Assembly: GCA_023255625.1 (NCBI GenBank)
Contig: JAHFLF010000001.1
Coordinates: forward strand, 357,120-404,187
Reading direction: 5' to 3'
Length of the DNA: 47,068 bases
Origin: Candidatus Harrisonbacteria bacterium
GTDB lineage: Bacteria > Patescibacteriota > Minisyncoccia > UBA6257 > 1-14-0-10-44-23
The notes under the pieces are model-generated. The model made no database searches. It was given only the letters and a program-made list of their open reading frames with translations, and was not told the origin of the DNA. Made by a program: the position numbers and the translations under genes. Every line of letters starts with the position of its first letter. Positions within the stretch are counted from its first letter, which is position 1. Positions 1 to 9,772 of the stretch are shown piece by piece.

Positions 1-37
1 ACACAAGGCGCTCCTGAAAAAGTTAGGATTAAAATAG
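1..37 (+). CDS. rpsO: 3' end of 30S ribosomal protein S15 (partial)
   Basis: Frame 2 reads HKALLKKLGLK-TAG, like the S15 C-terminus (YxxLIxKLGLRK); lies upstream of pnp, as rpsO usually does. Confidence 0.75.
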   Translation, partial: HKALLKKLGLK

Positions 38-125
38 TTCATCAAGTTGTAAAGTTCATAAAGCGGTGGGAAGAGTAAGATTTTCCTATGACTTGATAAC
101 TTGATAAACTTTAAAACTTTCAACT
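36..125. repeat. Junction inverted repeat, family A (AAGTT../..AACTTT degenerate 8-9-mers)
   Basis: Left arm agttcatcaagttgtaaagttcataaag (36-63); right arm acttgataacttgataaactttaaaactttcaact (91-125), ending 6 nt before ATG 132. Confidence 0.65.
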
Positions 126-131
126 TACCCC

Positions 132-755
132 ATGAATCACCCCGAACAACGCGTTGGCATCTTCATCGATGTACAAAACCTGTACCACTCGGCGAAGAAT
201 TTATACAGCGCCCGCGTTAATTACAAAGAACTCATCAAGCATCTAGTTTCCGGCCGCAAGCTGGTGCGGGCGCTCGGCTATGTGATCAAGGCCGAAGCAG
301 CAGTAACGGCGGAGCACTTGGCAAAAATCGAGGCGGGTGAGATGGAGCAACGGGAAAAGACCACCAAAAGTGAGGCGAGTTTTTTTGAGGCGCTGAAACA
401 ATCCGGGATTGAGTTGCGGATGAAAGATATTCAAATTTTTCATGGTGGCGCAAAAAAAGCGGACTGGGATATCGGTATGGCGATTGATGCGGTCCGGATG
501 TCCGAGAGCTTGGATGTCATCGTGCTAGTAACCGGTGATGGCGACTTTATTCCGCTGATTGAGTACTTACGATCTGGCCGAGGCAAGGTAGTTGAGGTGG
601 CGGCGTTCTCGCGCAGCAGCAGCAGCAAACTCAAAGAGGCGGCCGACACCTTTGTCGCTTTAGATGAATTGCCGCGAGTTATTATGAAGCCGCTAGGAAT
701 GCGCCGCGGTCGCAAAAATAATGCAGACAATGGATATCTGCCGGCAGAGGAATAG
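132..755 (+). CDS. NYN domain protein (LabA/DUF88 family)
   Basis: IFIDVQNLY, KADWDIGMAID and LVTGDGDFIPL motifs. Confidence 0.9.
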   Translation: MNHPEQRVGIFIDVQNLYHSAKNLYSARVNYKELIKHLVSGRKLVRALGYVIKAEAAVTAEHLAKIEAGEMEQREKTTKSEASFFEALKQSGIELRMKDIQIFHGGAKKADWDIGMAIDAVRMSESLDVIVLVTGDGDFIPLIEYLRSGRGKVVEVAAFSRSSSSKLKEAADTFVALDELPRVIMKPLGMRRGRKNNADNGYLPAEE

Positions 756-759
756 AGAG

Positions 760-927
760 CTACGAATAACGAATTGGTTCACGAAAGTACGAATAAGGTA
801 TAAAATACATATAAGTCGAAAAATAATAATAATTAAAAAAATAAAAACGAATTACGAATAAAATACGAAAGCCGAAGAGATGCCGAGCCGCACTATTCGC
901 ACTTTCGTACAAAATTCGTAATTCGTT
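760..927. repeat. Junction inverted repeat, family B (TACGAAT/ATTCGTA)
   Basis: aacgaattacgaataaaatacgaaag (846-871) pairs with ctttcgtacaaaattcgtaattcgtt (902-927); extra left-arm units at 760-797; ends 7 nt before ATG 935. Confidence 0.75.
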
Positions 928-934
928 GATCATT

Positions 935-3040
935 ATGGATTTACACAAACAAGAATTCTCGTTAGATTACGCAGGCCGCACCTTAAAATTCGAGGTTTCC
1001 CGGCTGGCCGAACAGGCGAGCGCCGCTGTGCTTGGCACATATGGCGACTCAACCGTTTTGGCCACGGTGGTCATGGGCAAAAAAGATAAAGAAAGCAGTT
1101 ATTTCCCGCTGACGGTGGATTACGAAGAGCGATTTTATGCCGTCGGTAAAATTCTCGGCAGCCGCTTTGTGCGTCGCGAAGGAAAATCCAGCGAGGAGGC
1201 GGTTCTCTCCGGCCGAGTTATCGACCGGACTATTCGTCCACTCTTTGATGGGCGGATGCGCCGCGATGTTCAGGTGGTAGTTACTATTCTCTCGTATGAC
1301 GAGGATGATGACTTAGACTTTCTGGCGCTAAATACCGCCTCAACGGCCTTGGCTATTTCGGACATTCCCTGGGCTGGACCAGTTGCGGGCGTAAAAATAG
1401 TTAAAAAAGATGGCGCGCTGATAGTTAATCCAAAAAATTCGCAAATTGCGGAGGGGGCAACCTTTCAGATTTTCGCCGCCGGACCAAAAGACCGAATTAA
1501 TATGATCGAAGCCGATGGACTGGAGCCAGCCGAAGCCGAGGTGCTTACGGGTTTTGAGCAGGCACAAAAAGAGATAAATACGCTAATCGAATTCCAAAAC
1601 AGCATCGTCGCCAAAATTGGCAAACCAAAACAAAAAATTGTTTTGGCGGAGCTAGACCCGGCGGTCAAAGAAAAAATGGTCAGTTTTTTGAATGGAAAAT
1701 TAGAGCCGGCAATTTATGCTGCAACTAAAATGGAGCATGAGGCGAGTTTGGCAAAAATCGCCGCTGATCTGAATGAACATCTGCGCGCAGATGGAGTAGA
1801 CGAAAAAACAATTAAAGCGACAGGGGATTATCTGGAGAAGATGATCAGCGAGATTGTGCATAGCGGGGCGATCACCTCCGGCAAACGCCCGGACGGACGA
1901 GGGATTGAGGAGGTTCGCGAACTGCATGCCCAGGTCGGGCTGCTGAAACGCACGCACGGTTCTGGCTTATTTATACGAGGCAACACGCAGTCGCTGGCGC
2001 TAGCCACGATTGGCACGCCCGGCCAGGAGCAGACGATAGAAACTATGAGCTTCTCGGGCAAAAAACGCTTTATGTTGCACTACAACTTCCCGCAGTATTC
2101 AGTTGGGGAAACCGGCCCGTTCCGCGGCGCTGGTCGTCGCGAAATTGGCCATGGGGCGCTGGCAGAAAAAGCATTGCGAGGCATGATCCCGACTAAAGAG
2201 GAATTCCCGTATGCGGTCCGAGTTGTTTCCGAAATTACCTCATCAAACGGTTCGTCTTCAATGGCCTCGGTTTGTGGTGCCACGCTCGCGCTAATGGATG
2301 CGGGCGTACCAATCAAAAAACCGGTAGCCGGAATCGCGATGGGTCTTATGTCCGCCAATAGCGAAAAAGATTTTAAAGTGCTCACTGATTTGCAGGGGGC
2401 AGAGGATCACTATGGCGACATGGACTTTAAAGTTGCTGGCACTAAAGAGGGTATTACAGCAATTCAGTTGGATGTAAAAATCATGGGACTGACTATGGAG
2501 ATGGTGAAAACAACCTTGGAACAGGCCCGCAAAGCCAGATTGCAAATCCTAGAGGTGATCACTGCTGCTTTACCGGCGCCGCGCAAAGAGATCTCGCCGC
2601 TGGCACCGCTTATCATGAGCGTTAAAATTGACCCGGCGAAAATCGGTGCAGTTATCGGCAGTGGCGGAAAAACAATCAACGGCATTATTGAAAAAACCGG
2701 CTGCATTGCCATCGATATCGACGACGATGGCCTGGTCTATGTCTCCGGTAAAGATAAAGAGACGACAATGGCGGCCTACAACGAGGTGCTGGCGATCGTG
2801 AAAGACTATCAGGTTGGCGAAATAGTCGAGGGCAATATCGTCAAGATTTTGGAATTCGGGGCGATTGTTGAGCTAGATGCAAACCACGACGGCATGATCC
2901 ATGTCAGCGAACTCAAGGATGGATTCGTGAAAACCGTCGGCGAGGTGGTCAAACTTGGCGATCATGTCCGAGTCAAAGTTATGAAAGTTGAGCCAAATGG
3001 AAAAATTGGCTTGTCGCTAAAGGCGATGGGGAAAGTTTAG
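935..3040 (+). CDS. pnp: Polyribonucleotide nucleotidyltransferase (PNPase)
   Basis: FPLTVDYEER, RREIGHGALAE, SNGSSSMASVC, GDMDFKVAG motifs plus KH and S1 domains; ATG 935 preferred over TTG 926. Confidence 0.97.
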   Translation: MDLHKQEFSLDYAGRTLKFEVSRLAEQASAAVLGTYGDSTVLATVVMGKKDKESSYFPLTVDYEERFYAVGKILGSRFVRREGKSSEEAVLSGRVIDRTIRPLFDGRMRRDVQVVVTILSYDEDDDLDFLALNTASTALAISDIPWAGPVAGVKIVKKDGALIVNPKNSQIAEGATFQIFAAGPKDRINMIEADGLEPAEAEVLTGFEQAQKEINTLIEFQNSIVAKIGKPKQKIVLAELDPAVKEKMVSFLNGKLEPAIYAATKMEHEASLAKIAADLNEHLRADGVDEKTIKATGDYLEKMISEIVHSGAITSGKRPDGRGIEEVRELHAQVGLLKRTHGSGLFIRGNTQSLALATIGTPGQEQTIETMSFSGKKRFMLHYNFPQYSVGETGPFRGAGRREIGHGALAEKALRGMIPTKEEFPYAVRVVSEITSSNGSSSMASVCGATLALMDAGVPIKKPVAGIAMGLMSANSEKDFKVLTDLQGAEDHYGDMDFKVAGTKEGITAIQLDVKIMGLTMEMVKTTLEQARKARLQILEVITAALPAPRKEISPLAPLIMSVKIDPAKIGAVIGSGGKTINGIIEKTGCIAIDIDDDGLVYVSGKDKETTMAAYNEVLAIVKDYQVGEIVEGNIVKILEFGAIVELDANHDGMIHVSELKDGFVKTVGEVVKLGDHVRVKVMKVEPNGKIGLSLKAMGKV

Positions 3041-3059
3041 GGATTGTTTTGATGTATAC

Positions 3060-3124
3060 AAACTAAGGCAGGCGTGATTTTGGCAATAGAACCCCGTTTG
3101 CCAAAATCACGCCTGCCTTAGTTT
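3060..3124. repeat. Perfect 27-bp inverted repeat (11-nt loop), REP-like or terminator-like hairpin
   Basis: aaactaaggcaggcgtgattttggcaa (3060-3086) / ttgccaaaatcacgcctgccttagttt (3098-3124). Confidence 0.85.
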
Positions 3125-3201
3125 AGAAAACGGGCCAGCGAAATAATATTGTGGTATAGTAGAAATACTAAAGGCCTCTCTTATTTATCTTTTATTATTT
3201 T

Positions 3202-4293
3202 ATGGAACCGCAAAATATTCCGATAAACCCGCAGCCGCAAAAACCCTTGCCAGATGGGCAGGAACAGCAAATTAAAATGCTGCGCCAGAATATTGGCAGC
3301 GCATCGGCTTTAGCTTCACCAAATCAAACCGTGCAAGCAAGCCCAACGGAGCCCACTCTCAAGATCCCTGCAAAGCCCGTTTTTGACGCAGACGAACCGG
3401 TTTTTACCCCAAATACAGTTGCGCCACAGCCGAGCGCGCGCGTTTTCCAAACCGCGCCGGCACCTGCCACAACGGCAATAATACCGCCGGCTCCGCCTGT
3501 TGCTGCGCAAACAGCTGCGCCGTCAGTGGACGCGCTCATCGCCCAGAGGAAAAGCAAGGGCAAAATGAAAACAATAATTTTTGGAGTTGCTGGCCTTGTT
3601 GTAATTGCGGCGGCTGCATACTTTATCGTGCCCCTTTTTAAAACGGCTCCGGTAGAGCCAGCCCCAATTGCACAGCAGCCGGCCGGCTCGGTAACTCCGG
3701 TTGAACCAACACAACCCGCGAAAACTACTCCGGCAATTGTCTCTCTTTTCACCGTAGAGCCAGCCGCTCGGGGATTTGTAGCTGTGAATAAACCATATAC
3801 AGCAGCCGTAATCAATGAGGCGCTAACCAAAACAAAAGATCTGCAGGGAACGCGCGAGACAATGCTCATGAACTTTGATACACCCCAAAGAGCGCTGACC
3901 TTTGTGGAGATTATCGGTGCACTTGCGCCAAGCATTCAGGAAAAAACTGCTCAACTATTTTCCGGCGAGGTTAGCAGCTACACTTTTAGTGATGCGGCTG
4001 GCAACTGGCCTGGCTATGTGGCTAAACTCAAAATGGAGGCAAATGCCACAGATATTAAGGACTGGTTTAGTTCTCTGGAAAAAACATCGGAAAAGAAAAA
4101 CTTTTTCGTTACCGATCCTGGTACACTGCAGACCTTTAAAAATGGGTTGATTAACAACACTTATCCGGACCGTTATGCCCCCGGCACAACCGCCGGAGCA
4201 TCCTTCTCATACCTGATTTTACCGGAGAAGAAGCTGGTCTTAATCGGCACCTCGTTTGAGGGGATGAAGGATGCTTTGCGTCTTTTGCAGTAA
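3202..4293 (+). CDS. Hypothetical single-pass membrane protein, Pro-rich linker; paralog of next gene
   Basis: Hydrophobic IIFGVAGLVVIAAAAYFIV segment; C-terminus shared with 4386..5339; TGG-TATAGT extended -10 at about 3152-3160. Confidence 0.8.
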   Translation: MEPQNIPINPQPQKPLPDGQEQQIKMLRQNIGSASALASPNQTVQASPTEPTLKIPAKPVFDADEPVFTPNTVAPQPSARVFQTAPAPATTAIIPPAPPVAAQTAAPSVDALIAQRKSKGKMKTIIFGVAGLVVIAAAAYFIVPLFKTAPVEPAPIAQQPAGSVTPVEPTQPAKTTPAIVSLFTVEPAARGFVAVNKPYTAAVINEALTKTKDLQGTRETMLMNFDTPQRALTFVEIIGALAPSIQEKTAQLFSGEVSSYTFSDAAGNWPGYVAKLKMEANATDIKDWFSSLEKTSEKKNFFVTDPGTLQTFKNGLINNTYPDRYAPGTTAGASFSYLILPEKKLVLIGTSFEGMKDALRLLQ

Positions 4294-4381
4294 TCACTAA
4301 CATGCTAATCAAACCGAATATGCGAATAGAATTCGAAACCCATTAGCATATTAGTCCTCATTCGCGTGTTAGCGAATACTG
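4288..4381. repeat. Junction inverted repeat, family E (CAGTAATCGCTAAC..GTTAGCGATTACTG)
   Basis: Begins at the CAG-TAA of the upstream gene; ends gttagcgaatactg 4 nt before ATG 4386. Confidence 0.85.
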
Positions 4382-4385
4382 TACT

Positions 4386-5339
4386 ATGGAGGTAATCAAA
4401 GAAATAACTCTTCGGACTCTGGCCGGCGACAGCGCTGCGCTGGCAAAAAACCTGCATCCGGCGCCGGAACTGATACCAGTCAAATTTCATGACAATAAAG
4501 CTCCGGTTCAAACAGCCGGAGCTGTTCAGGGACAAACGGAAAAGAAAAAAAGTCCGGCGGCAACCTTAGCACTCGCCGCGGTCTTTGTCTTAATCGTGCT
4601 GGCTGCGGTTGGATATTTTATGCTACCAAAATTTATTGCAAAATTTATGGCGGCGCCGGCTGCACAGATTCCGGAAAACTCTACCTCTGCTTTAGAAACA
4701 ACTGAAACGCAGACGATCGAGCCGCAGCCCGATCAATCAATCGCCTCTGCCGATTCAACACAAACTTCGCAACCAGAAACATCGACATCCAACTCGTTAT
4801 TAACCAAGGAACCGGTTGGCAAATCCCAAACTACACTAACTGTCCCGCTGACTGTGGAATCTTGGAAAGTGGGCTTACAGGACGGGTTGCCCGCCGCCGG
4901 TACAAGTGAAGTTAATTTATTTAAAGAGGGTCACATTCAAATTAGTTTTAGTGAGTTAATCGGTACGCTGATCCCAACACTAAAACCCCAAACAGAAACG
5001 CTCTTCGCGGGTGAATACAGTACATTAGTTTTTGTTAACAGTAGCGGCCGCTGGCCGGGCGTAGTGGCAAAACTAAAAGACGATGTTACCGCTGAATCAA
5101 TCCAACCATGGTTCGACGCTCTGGAAAAAAGTCCAAACAATAAAAATTTCTTCATCACAAACCCGGGCGCGCTCCAACCGTTTAGAGATGGCATTATAGG
5201 CGACATCTATCCAAATCGCTTTGCCCCGGGCACAACCGCCGGAGCATCCTTCTCATATCTGATTTTGCCGGATAAGAAACTGGTCTTAATCGGCACCTCG
5301 TTTGAGGGGATGAAGGATGCTTTGCGGCTTTTGCAGTAA
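4386..5339 (+). CDS. Hypothetical single-pass membrane protein; paralog of 3202..4293
   Basis: TM segment LALAAVFVLIVLAAVGYFML; S/T-rich linker; near-identical C-terminal 36 aa. Confidence 0.8.
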   Translation: MEVIKEITLRTLAGDSAALAKNLHPAPELIPVKFHDNKAPVQTAGAVQGQTEKKKSPAATLALAAVFVLIVLAAVGYFMLPKFIAKFMAAPAAQIPENSTSALETTETQTIEPQPDQSIASADSTQTSQPETSTSNSLLTKEPVGKSQTTLTVPLTVESWKVGLQDGLPAAGTSEVNLFKEGHIQISFSELIGTLIPTLKPQTETLFAGEYSTLVFVNSSGRWPGVVAKLKDDVTAESIQPWFDALEKSPNNKNFFITNPGALQPFRDGIIGDIYPNRFAPGTTAGASFSYLILPDKKLVLIGTSFEGMKDALRLLQ

Positions 5340-5437
5340 TTACAGCATTCGCTAACATGCGAATTAAGACTAATATGCTAATGGTACCAAGGTTTCTATT
5401 CGCGTATTCGTCTGGATTAGCGTGTTAGTGATTACTG
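5334..5437. repeat. Junction inverted repeat, family E, between convergent genes
   Basis: cagcattcgctaacatgcgaat...attagcgtgttagtgattactg; both flanking genes end in CAG-TAA. Confidence 0.85.
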
Positions 5438-6967
5438 CTGTTCGCGCAGCCGATAGGCAAACGCCTCTGCTAAATCATTTTGCGTTACTGAATCTCGATT
5501 ATCTAAATCGGCAATCGTTTGGGCTGTTTTTAGAACACGATATACTCCGCGCGGCGAGAGCAGCTGTTTTGTGGCAATCCCGCGCATAAACTGTTCCGCC
5601 CTAGCGTCCAAATTAATATGTTCATCTACCTCTTTTGAACTCATCTCGCTATTAAGACGAACATGCTGACTTTTAAATCTTTGCTGCTGCCGACTACGCG
5701 CCAGAGAAACTTTTTCTCGTAGAGCATCAAGCTCGCCGTTATCTGTCTGTGTTTTAGCCCGTAAATCGGCAATCGCCACTCTTGGAACAGAAATCTGAAG
5801 GTCAATACGATCTAAAAGTGGCCCGGAAACCTTCTTTTGATATCGTTCAACTTCATATTGACCGCATTTACAGTTGCGCTCATCGTCGCCGTAATAGCCG
5901 CACGGACAAGGATTCATCGCTGCAATCAGCATAAAACGCGCCGGGAAACGAACCGTACCCTGAACTCGGGTAACGACCGAATGCCCGCTTTCTAGCGGCT
6001 GGCGCAGCGCCTCAAGTAAATCGCGCCGGAACTCCGGCAGCTCATCCAGAAAAAGCACGCCGCGATGAGCTAGTGATATTTCGCCCGGGCGGGGATGTTG
6101 GCCGCCGCCAATAATAGAAACCGGCGATGATGTTTGATGAGGCGTACGAAAGGGTCGATGGGCGATATACGGCTCTTCACCGAGCAACCCAGCGGCACTA
6201 TAAATCTGCGTAATTTCCACAATCTCCGAAATGTCAGGATCCGGCAAAAGAGAAAGTGCGGCCTGCGCTAACATCGTTTTACCGGTTCCAGGCGGGCCGA
6301 CCATGAGTAGGTTGTGCCCGCCGGCGGCGGCAATTAGTAACGCGCGCTTGGCATGTTCCTGCCCCTTGATGTCTAAAATGCTTGGCCCGGTTTTTATTCG
6401 GCGCGTCGGAACTGTCTGCGGCTGCGAGCTAATTTTTTTTCTTCCCTCCAGATGAGCAATTATCTGGGTAAGTGTAGCGACCGGTAAAACTGTCACGCCA
6501 TTAATCATCGCGGCCTCAACTGCATTTGTTGTTGGCACAACTAAATAGGGGATGCCGCGCTCGGCCGCTAGCCGGGCAGTATTCATAACCCCGGAGACAC
6601 TTCGGAGCGCACCGTCTAGCGCCAGTTCACCTAAAAAAATATATTTCTCACCGGCAAACTGTTTCATCTGCCCGCTGGCTGATAAGTACCCGAGGGCAAT
6701 CGATAAATCATATTGGCTGCCGGCTTTTTTAACATCCGCCGGAGCTAAATTAACAATAATTTTCCGGTTCTCCTGATTTGGCGGCTTGAACCCGCTATTC
6801 TTTAAAGCTGCGTTTATCCGCTCTTTCGATTCGGAAAGCGCCTTGTCGGCCAACCCAACAATCGTGAAAGAGTGCAATCCGCCCTGCACATCAGTCTCAA
6901 CCTCGATTAAACGGGCGTCGATGCCATCCAACTCTGCCGCGTAGAGTTTGGCGAGGGAATGCTTCAT
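5432..6967 (-). CDS. comM: YifB/ComM family Mg-chelatase-like AAA+ ATPase
   Basis: IVNLAPAD, GPPGTGKT Walker A, GEISLAHRGVLFLDE, AAMNPCPCG, SGPLLDRID. Confidence 0.93.
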   Translation of the reverse strand: MKHSLAKLYAAELDGIDARLIEVETDVQGGLHSFTIVGLADKALSESKERINAALKNSGFKPPNQENRKIIVNLAPADVKKAGSQYDLSIALGYLSASGQMKQFAGEKYIFLGELALDGALRSVSGVMNTARLAAERGIPYLVVPTTNAVEAAMINGVTVLPVATLTQIIAHLEGRKKISSQPQTVPTRRIKTGPSILDIKGQEHAKRALLIAAAGGHNLLMVGPPGTGKTMLAQAALSLLPDPDISEIVEITQIYSAAGLLGEEPYIAHRPFRTPHQTSSPVSIIGGGQHPRPGEISLAHRGVLFLDELPEFRRDLLEALRQPLESGHSVVTRVQGTVRFPARFMLIAAMNPCPCGYYGDDERNCKCGQYEVERYQKKVSGPLLDRIDLQISVPRVAIADLRAKTQTDNGELDALREKVSLARSRQQQRFKSQHVRLNSEMSSKEVDEHINLDARAEQFMRGIATKQLLSPRGVYRVLKTAQTIADLDNRDSVTQNDLAEAFAYRLREQQ

Positions 6968-6968
6968 A

Positions 6969-7064
6969 CAGTATTCACGAACATACTAATAAAACCGAAT
7001 ATACGAATGGGAAGGTCCGTATTTATTCGTGTATTAGTCCGCATTAGCGTGTTAGCGACTACTG
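6969..7064. repeat. Junction inverted repeat, family E
   Basis: cagtattcacgaacatactaat...attagcgtgttagcgactactg; overlaps the stop of the DksA-like gene and lies 1 nt from the comM ATG. Confidence 0.8.
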
Positions 7065-7387
7065 ACCTTGCAGCCACGACAATAACGGCTCTCCGGATCG
7101 ACATTCAGCAGTGCGACTTCGATTTCTTTGCCGCACTTTTCACAAACTCCATATTTGCCCTGATCCATTTTGGTGAGCGCATCATCAACTCGATGAACGC
7201 GCCGTTTCAGTGTCTCTACCATACCGGCCTGGGCGGCCATCTCCGTTGCCTCGTCCGCCTCCTCTTCAAATGAATCAATATCGTCGCCCATATCTACCGG
7301 CTTGCGCAATTTAGTAATCTGCTGCGTAATCGCATTTTTGATGGAAACCAGTTTGTTTTTGAAGCTAGTGATAAGTTTTATATCCAT
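7052..7387 (-). CDS. TraR/DksA C4-type zinc-finger protein
   Basis: Coiled coil with acidic tip (DSFEEEADEA) and GKYGVCEKCGKEI..PESRYCRGC. Confidence 0.88.
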   Translation of the reverse strand: MDIKLITSFKNKLVSIKNAITQQITKLRKPVDMGDDIDSFEEEADEATEMAAQAGMVETLKRRVHRVDDALTKMDQGKYGVCEKCGKEIEVALLNVDPESRYCRGCKVSSR

Positions 7388-7527
7388 AAGTATTCTCGGA
7401 TACCTGCCGGCAGGCAGGTACGAATTAAATAGCTAATATACGAATAATTTAAGAATTAAGAATTGTCCGCTGACTGACAGATTCAAGATTCTTATATTCT
7501 AGCGCAAAAAACCGAATCAGCGCAACT

Positions 7528-8589
7528 TTACTCTTGTGAGGGTATCTGCCTTGGCTTTAACTTCTTTTTTTTAGATTTCTTTTTTGCGCCGCTGGCTGGC
7601 TGGATGGCCGCTAAGCCGTCGCCAACATGCCAGCGACTTCCGGACTCATCAATACCGGCATAGGGCGTCTGTTTCTCCATCTGAACATACGGGCTGTCCT
7701 TTTCGGCATTGGCCATAACCTGTTCTAAAATACTGCCCTCCTCTGCACCTATCCCGCGCGCCTGAATTTCAGACGAAGGTTCAGTTTTCATGCCACCCAT
7801 ATCTGCACCATACTGCTTGCCGACCCCCATCTGCCGATCACCGGCGGCTTGCTGACTAGCTCCGCCTGCCCGGCGGCCAGACGAGTCGGATGAACTAGAA
7901 ACTGATCCTGATTTTTCCGGCTGCCCAGAAACCCCTCCCTGTCGTGTACTGCCGCCAACACCGCCGCGGGACCGACCAATTGATCCGGCCCGTCCCCCAA
8001 AACCCTTCGTCCTAGAACCGGCTCCTGTCTTTCCAGCTGCTCCCCTAAACCTGCTAACAATTGGCTCAATTCTGGCCAATTTTTCCTTGGCCTTCTTAAG
8101 AAGATGGTATTTTATCCAGGCGGCAAAAACCATACCAGCGCAGCCGGGCACAAACCCGGCGATGAAAGAAGTAAAATCTAATTCAATCAAACTCAAGATA
8201 ATGGCGACGATAGTCAGCGCGCGACTTTTGTCGCCGAGCTTACTCCTCTTAAAAATGAAACGAAAAAACCAAACTCCGGGCACTGAAAGAATCGTGCCGA
8301 CTACCGGAATAAAACTAAGCAAATCTATTATGGTCGCAAAGGTAAACCAAAGCACCCATTCGCCTACGGAGATCTCTTTGCTTGCATCAACCGGCTCTGA
8401 CTGCTGATCTTGTTGCTCCGGTTCGCCGCCAGAAAACATTTGACCATCCTCACTGACACCCTCCGGCATTTCTTCTGAATACATCTCACCGTCAGAGCCA
8501 ACTCCGCCGGGAGTACGAGAAGATGACTCTCTACCTGATCCGGGCGTAGTTCTTGGTGCAGATAGCTGCGGTGAAGCGGTTGCTGGCAT
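7528..8589 (-). CDS. Hypothetical membrane protein with Gly/Ser-rich disordered tails
   Basis: Central hydrophobic helices (IIDLLSFIPVVGTILS..); start placed at ATG 8589 because the longer ORF begins inside a repeat. Confidence 0.7.
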   Translation of the reverse strand: MPATASPQLSAPRTTPGSGRESSSRTPGGVGSDGEMYSEEMPEGVSEDGQMFSGGEPEQQDQQSEPVDASKEISVGEWVLWFTFATIIDLLSFIPVVGTILSVPGVWFFRFIFKRSKLGDKSRALTIVAIILSLIELDFTSFIAGFVPGCAGMVFAAWIKYHLLKKAKEKLARIEPIVSRFRGAAGKTGAGSRTKGFGGRAGSIGRSRGGVGGSTRQGGVSGQPEKSGSVSSSSDSSGRRAGGASQQAAGDRQMGVGKQYGADMGGMKTEPSSEIQARGIGAEEGSILEQVMANAEKDSPYVQMEKQTPYAGIDESGSRWHVGDGLAAIQPASGAKKKSKKKKLKPRQIPSQE

Positions 8590-8593
8590 TAAC

Positions 8594-8706
8594 AGAGTAA
8601 TCGCGAATATGCGAATAGCTAATAATGCTAATACTACCACGAACCATCAGCGACAGCTTCTTGCCACATTCGCGATATTCGCTATTTGCGTATTCGCGAT
8701 TACTCT
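8594..8706. repeat. Junction inverted repeat, family E variant
   Basis: Perfect 16-bp termini agagtaatcgcgaata / tattcgcgattactct. Confidence 0.85.
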
Positions 8707-8711
8707 AAAGA

Positions 8712-9698
8712 TTACTGTCGGATTTCAAAATGCACATGCGGGCCGGTTGAATTGCCGGTTGAGCCCATATACCCGATGACCTGACCCTGGCGAACACTCT
8801 CGCCCGGGACAACCACGGAGTAATGCAGGTGCCCATACATTGTTTGTATAGAAATTGGCGCGTGATCAATGAGCACATAATTGCCGTAGCCACCATTCCA
8901 GCCAATCGCTGCAGATGACACGGTGCCGTCGGCAGAGGCAACTACTGGAGTATCTTGTGCATTCGGAATCTCGTATGCCGTCTGCGCGTATCGCCCTGTG
9001 CCGTGCGGCCCGCCAATCGGCCCTTTTGCGGGCCAGATAAATCCGCTCGGCAGCCAACCTTTCCAGACGATCCGACCAACAATAGGCGCTGACTCGGCCG
9101 AAGCCGGCAGCAGCAACTGATCGCCAACAATCAGCGGTTCATCAGTCGGCAGTCCATTTAACTTAACAATCTCTTGTACTTTGACTTTACTGACTTCAGA
9201 AACAGAAAGTAAAGTATCGCCGGGACGAACCGTGTATCGCAATCGGCCATCATCCTTTTTGATACTGGAAATAAAAGGAGATCCATCTTCTATCCCTAAA
9301 GAACCAATTTCTGCGTGTAAGGGGGTCGTAGCTAAAACTGGTTCGTGCTCTTCCAGCGTCTCCTCTCCGCTTTCAAATATATTGATGCCAGCGGATGCAG
9401 CAGCATTTTCGAATAAGCTCTTGCTCTCTGCCACAACTGCATCTTTTGGTCCTCCATAAACTACCTCTGTAGCTACGGCTTTCGGGGAGACAGAAAAAAT
9501 AACCTCGGCGGCAACCGCAAAAAATAGAATTAAGACTGCAACCCGAACCGACCCCGGGAAAAGCGAGGAAAAACGCCGGAACTTTACCAATATAGCTTGT
9601 ATTTTGGGCCGAATTGCCCTAAACCAAGCATTGTCCCCGGGAATAGTAGACATAATAAATCCCAAAGCTCCAGCGGTTTTATAGCCATACAAGACCAT
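8712..9698 (-). CDS. LysM + M23 family peptidase (start uncertain, possibly ATG 9653)
   Basis: YTVRPGDTL LysM; GGYGNYVLIDH, TMYGHL, GSTGNSTGPHVHFEI. Confidence 0.9.
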   Translation of the reverse strand: MVLYGYKTAGALGFIMSTIPGDNAWFRAIRPKIQAILVKFRRFSSLFPGSVRVAVLILFFAVAAEVIFSVSPKAVATEVVYGGPKDAVVAESKSLFENAAASAGINIFESGEETLEEHEPVLATTPLHAEIGSLGIEDGSPFISSIKKDDGRLRYTVRPGDTLLSVSEVSKVKVQEIVKLNGLPTDEPLIVGDQLLLPASAESAPIVGRIVWKGWLPSGFIWPAKGPIGGPHGTGRYAQTAYEIPNAQDTPVVASADGTVSSAAIGWNGGYGNYVLIDHAPISIQTMYGHLHYSVVVPGESVRQGQVIGYMGSTGNSTGPHVHFEIRQ

Positions 9699-9772
9699 AA
9701 AAGCAAAATTCCCGCTTAGGGATTGTTTTAAATAGTAGCAGAAAGCGAGAGAGGGGGCAAGGACATGGGAAA

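Noticed and set aside
4183-5340. Duplicated 3' ends of the paralogous genes as a second VR/TR pair
   Set aside because: Differences are third-position and not adenine-specific (C/T, G/T, T/G included), and both copies are coding.
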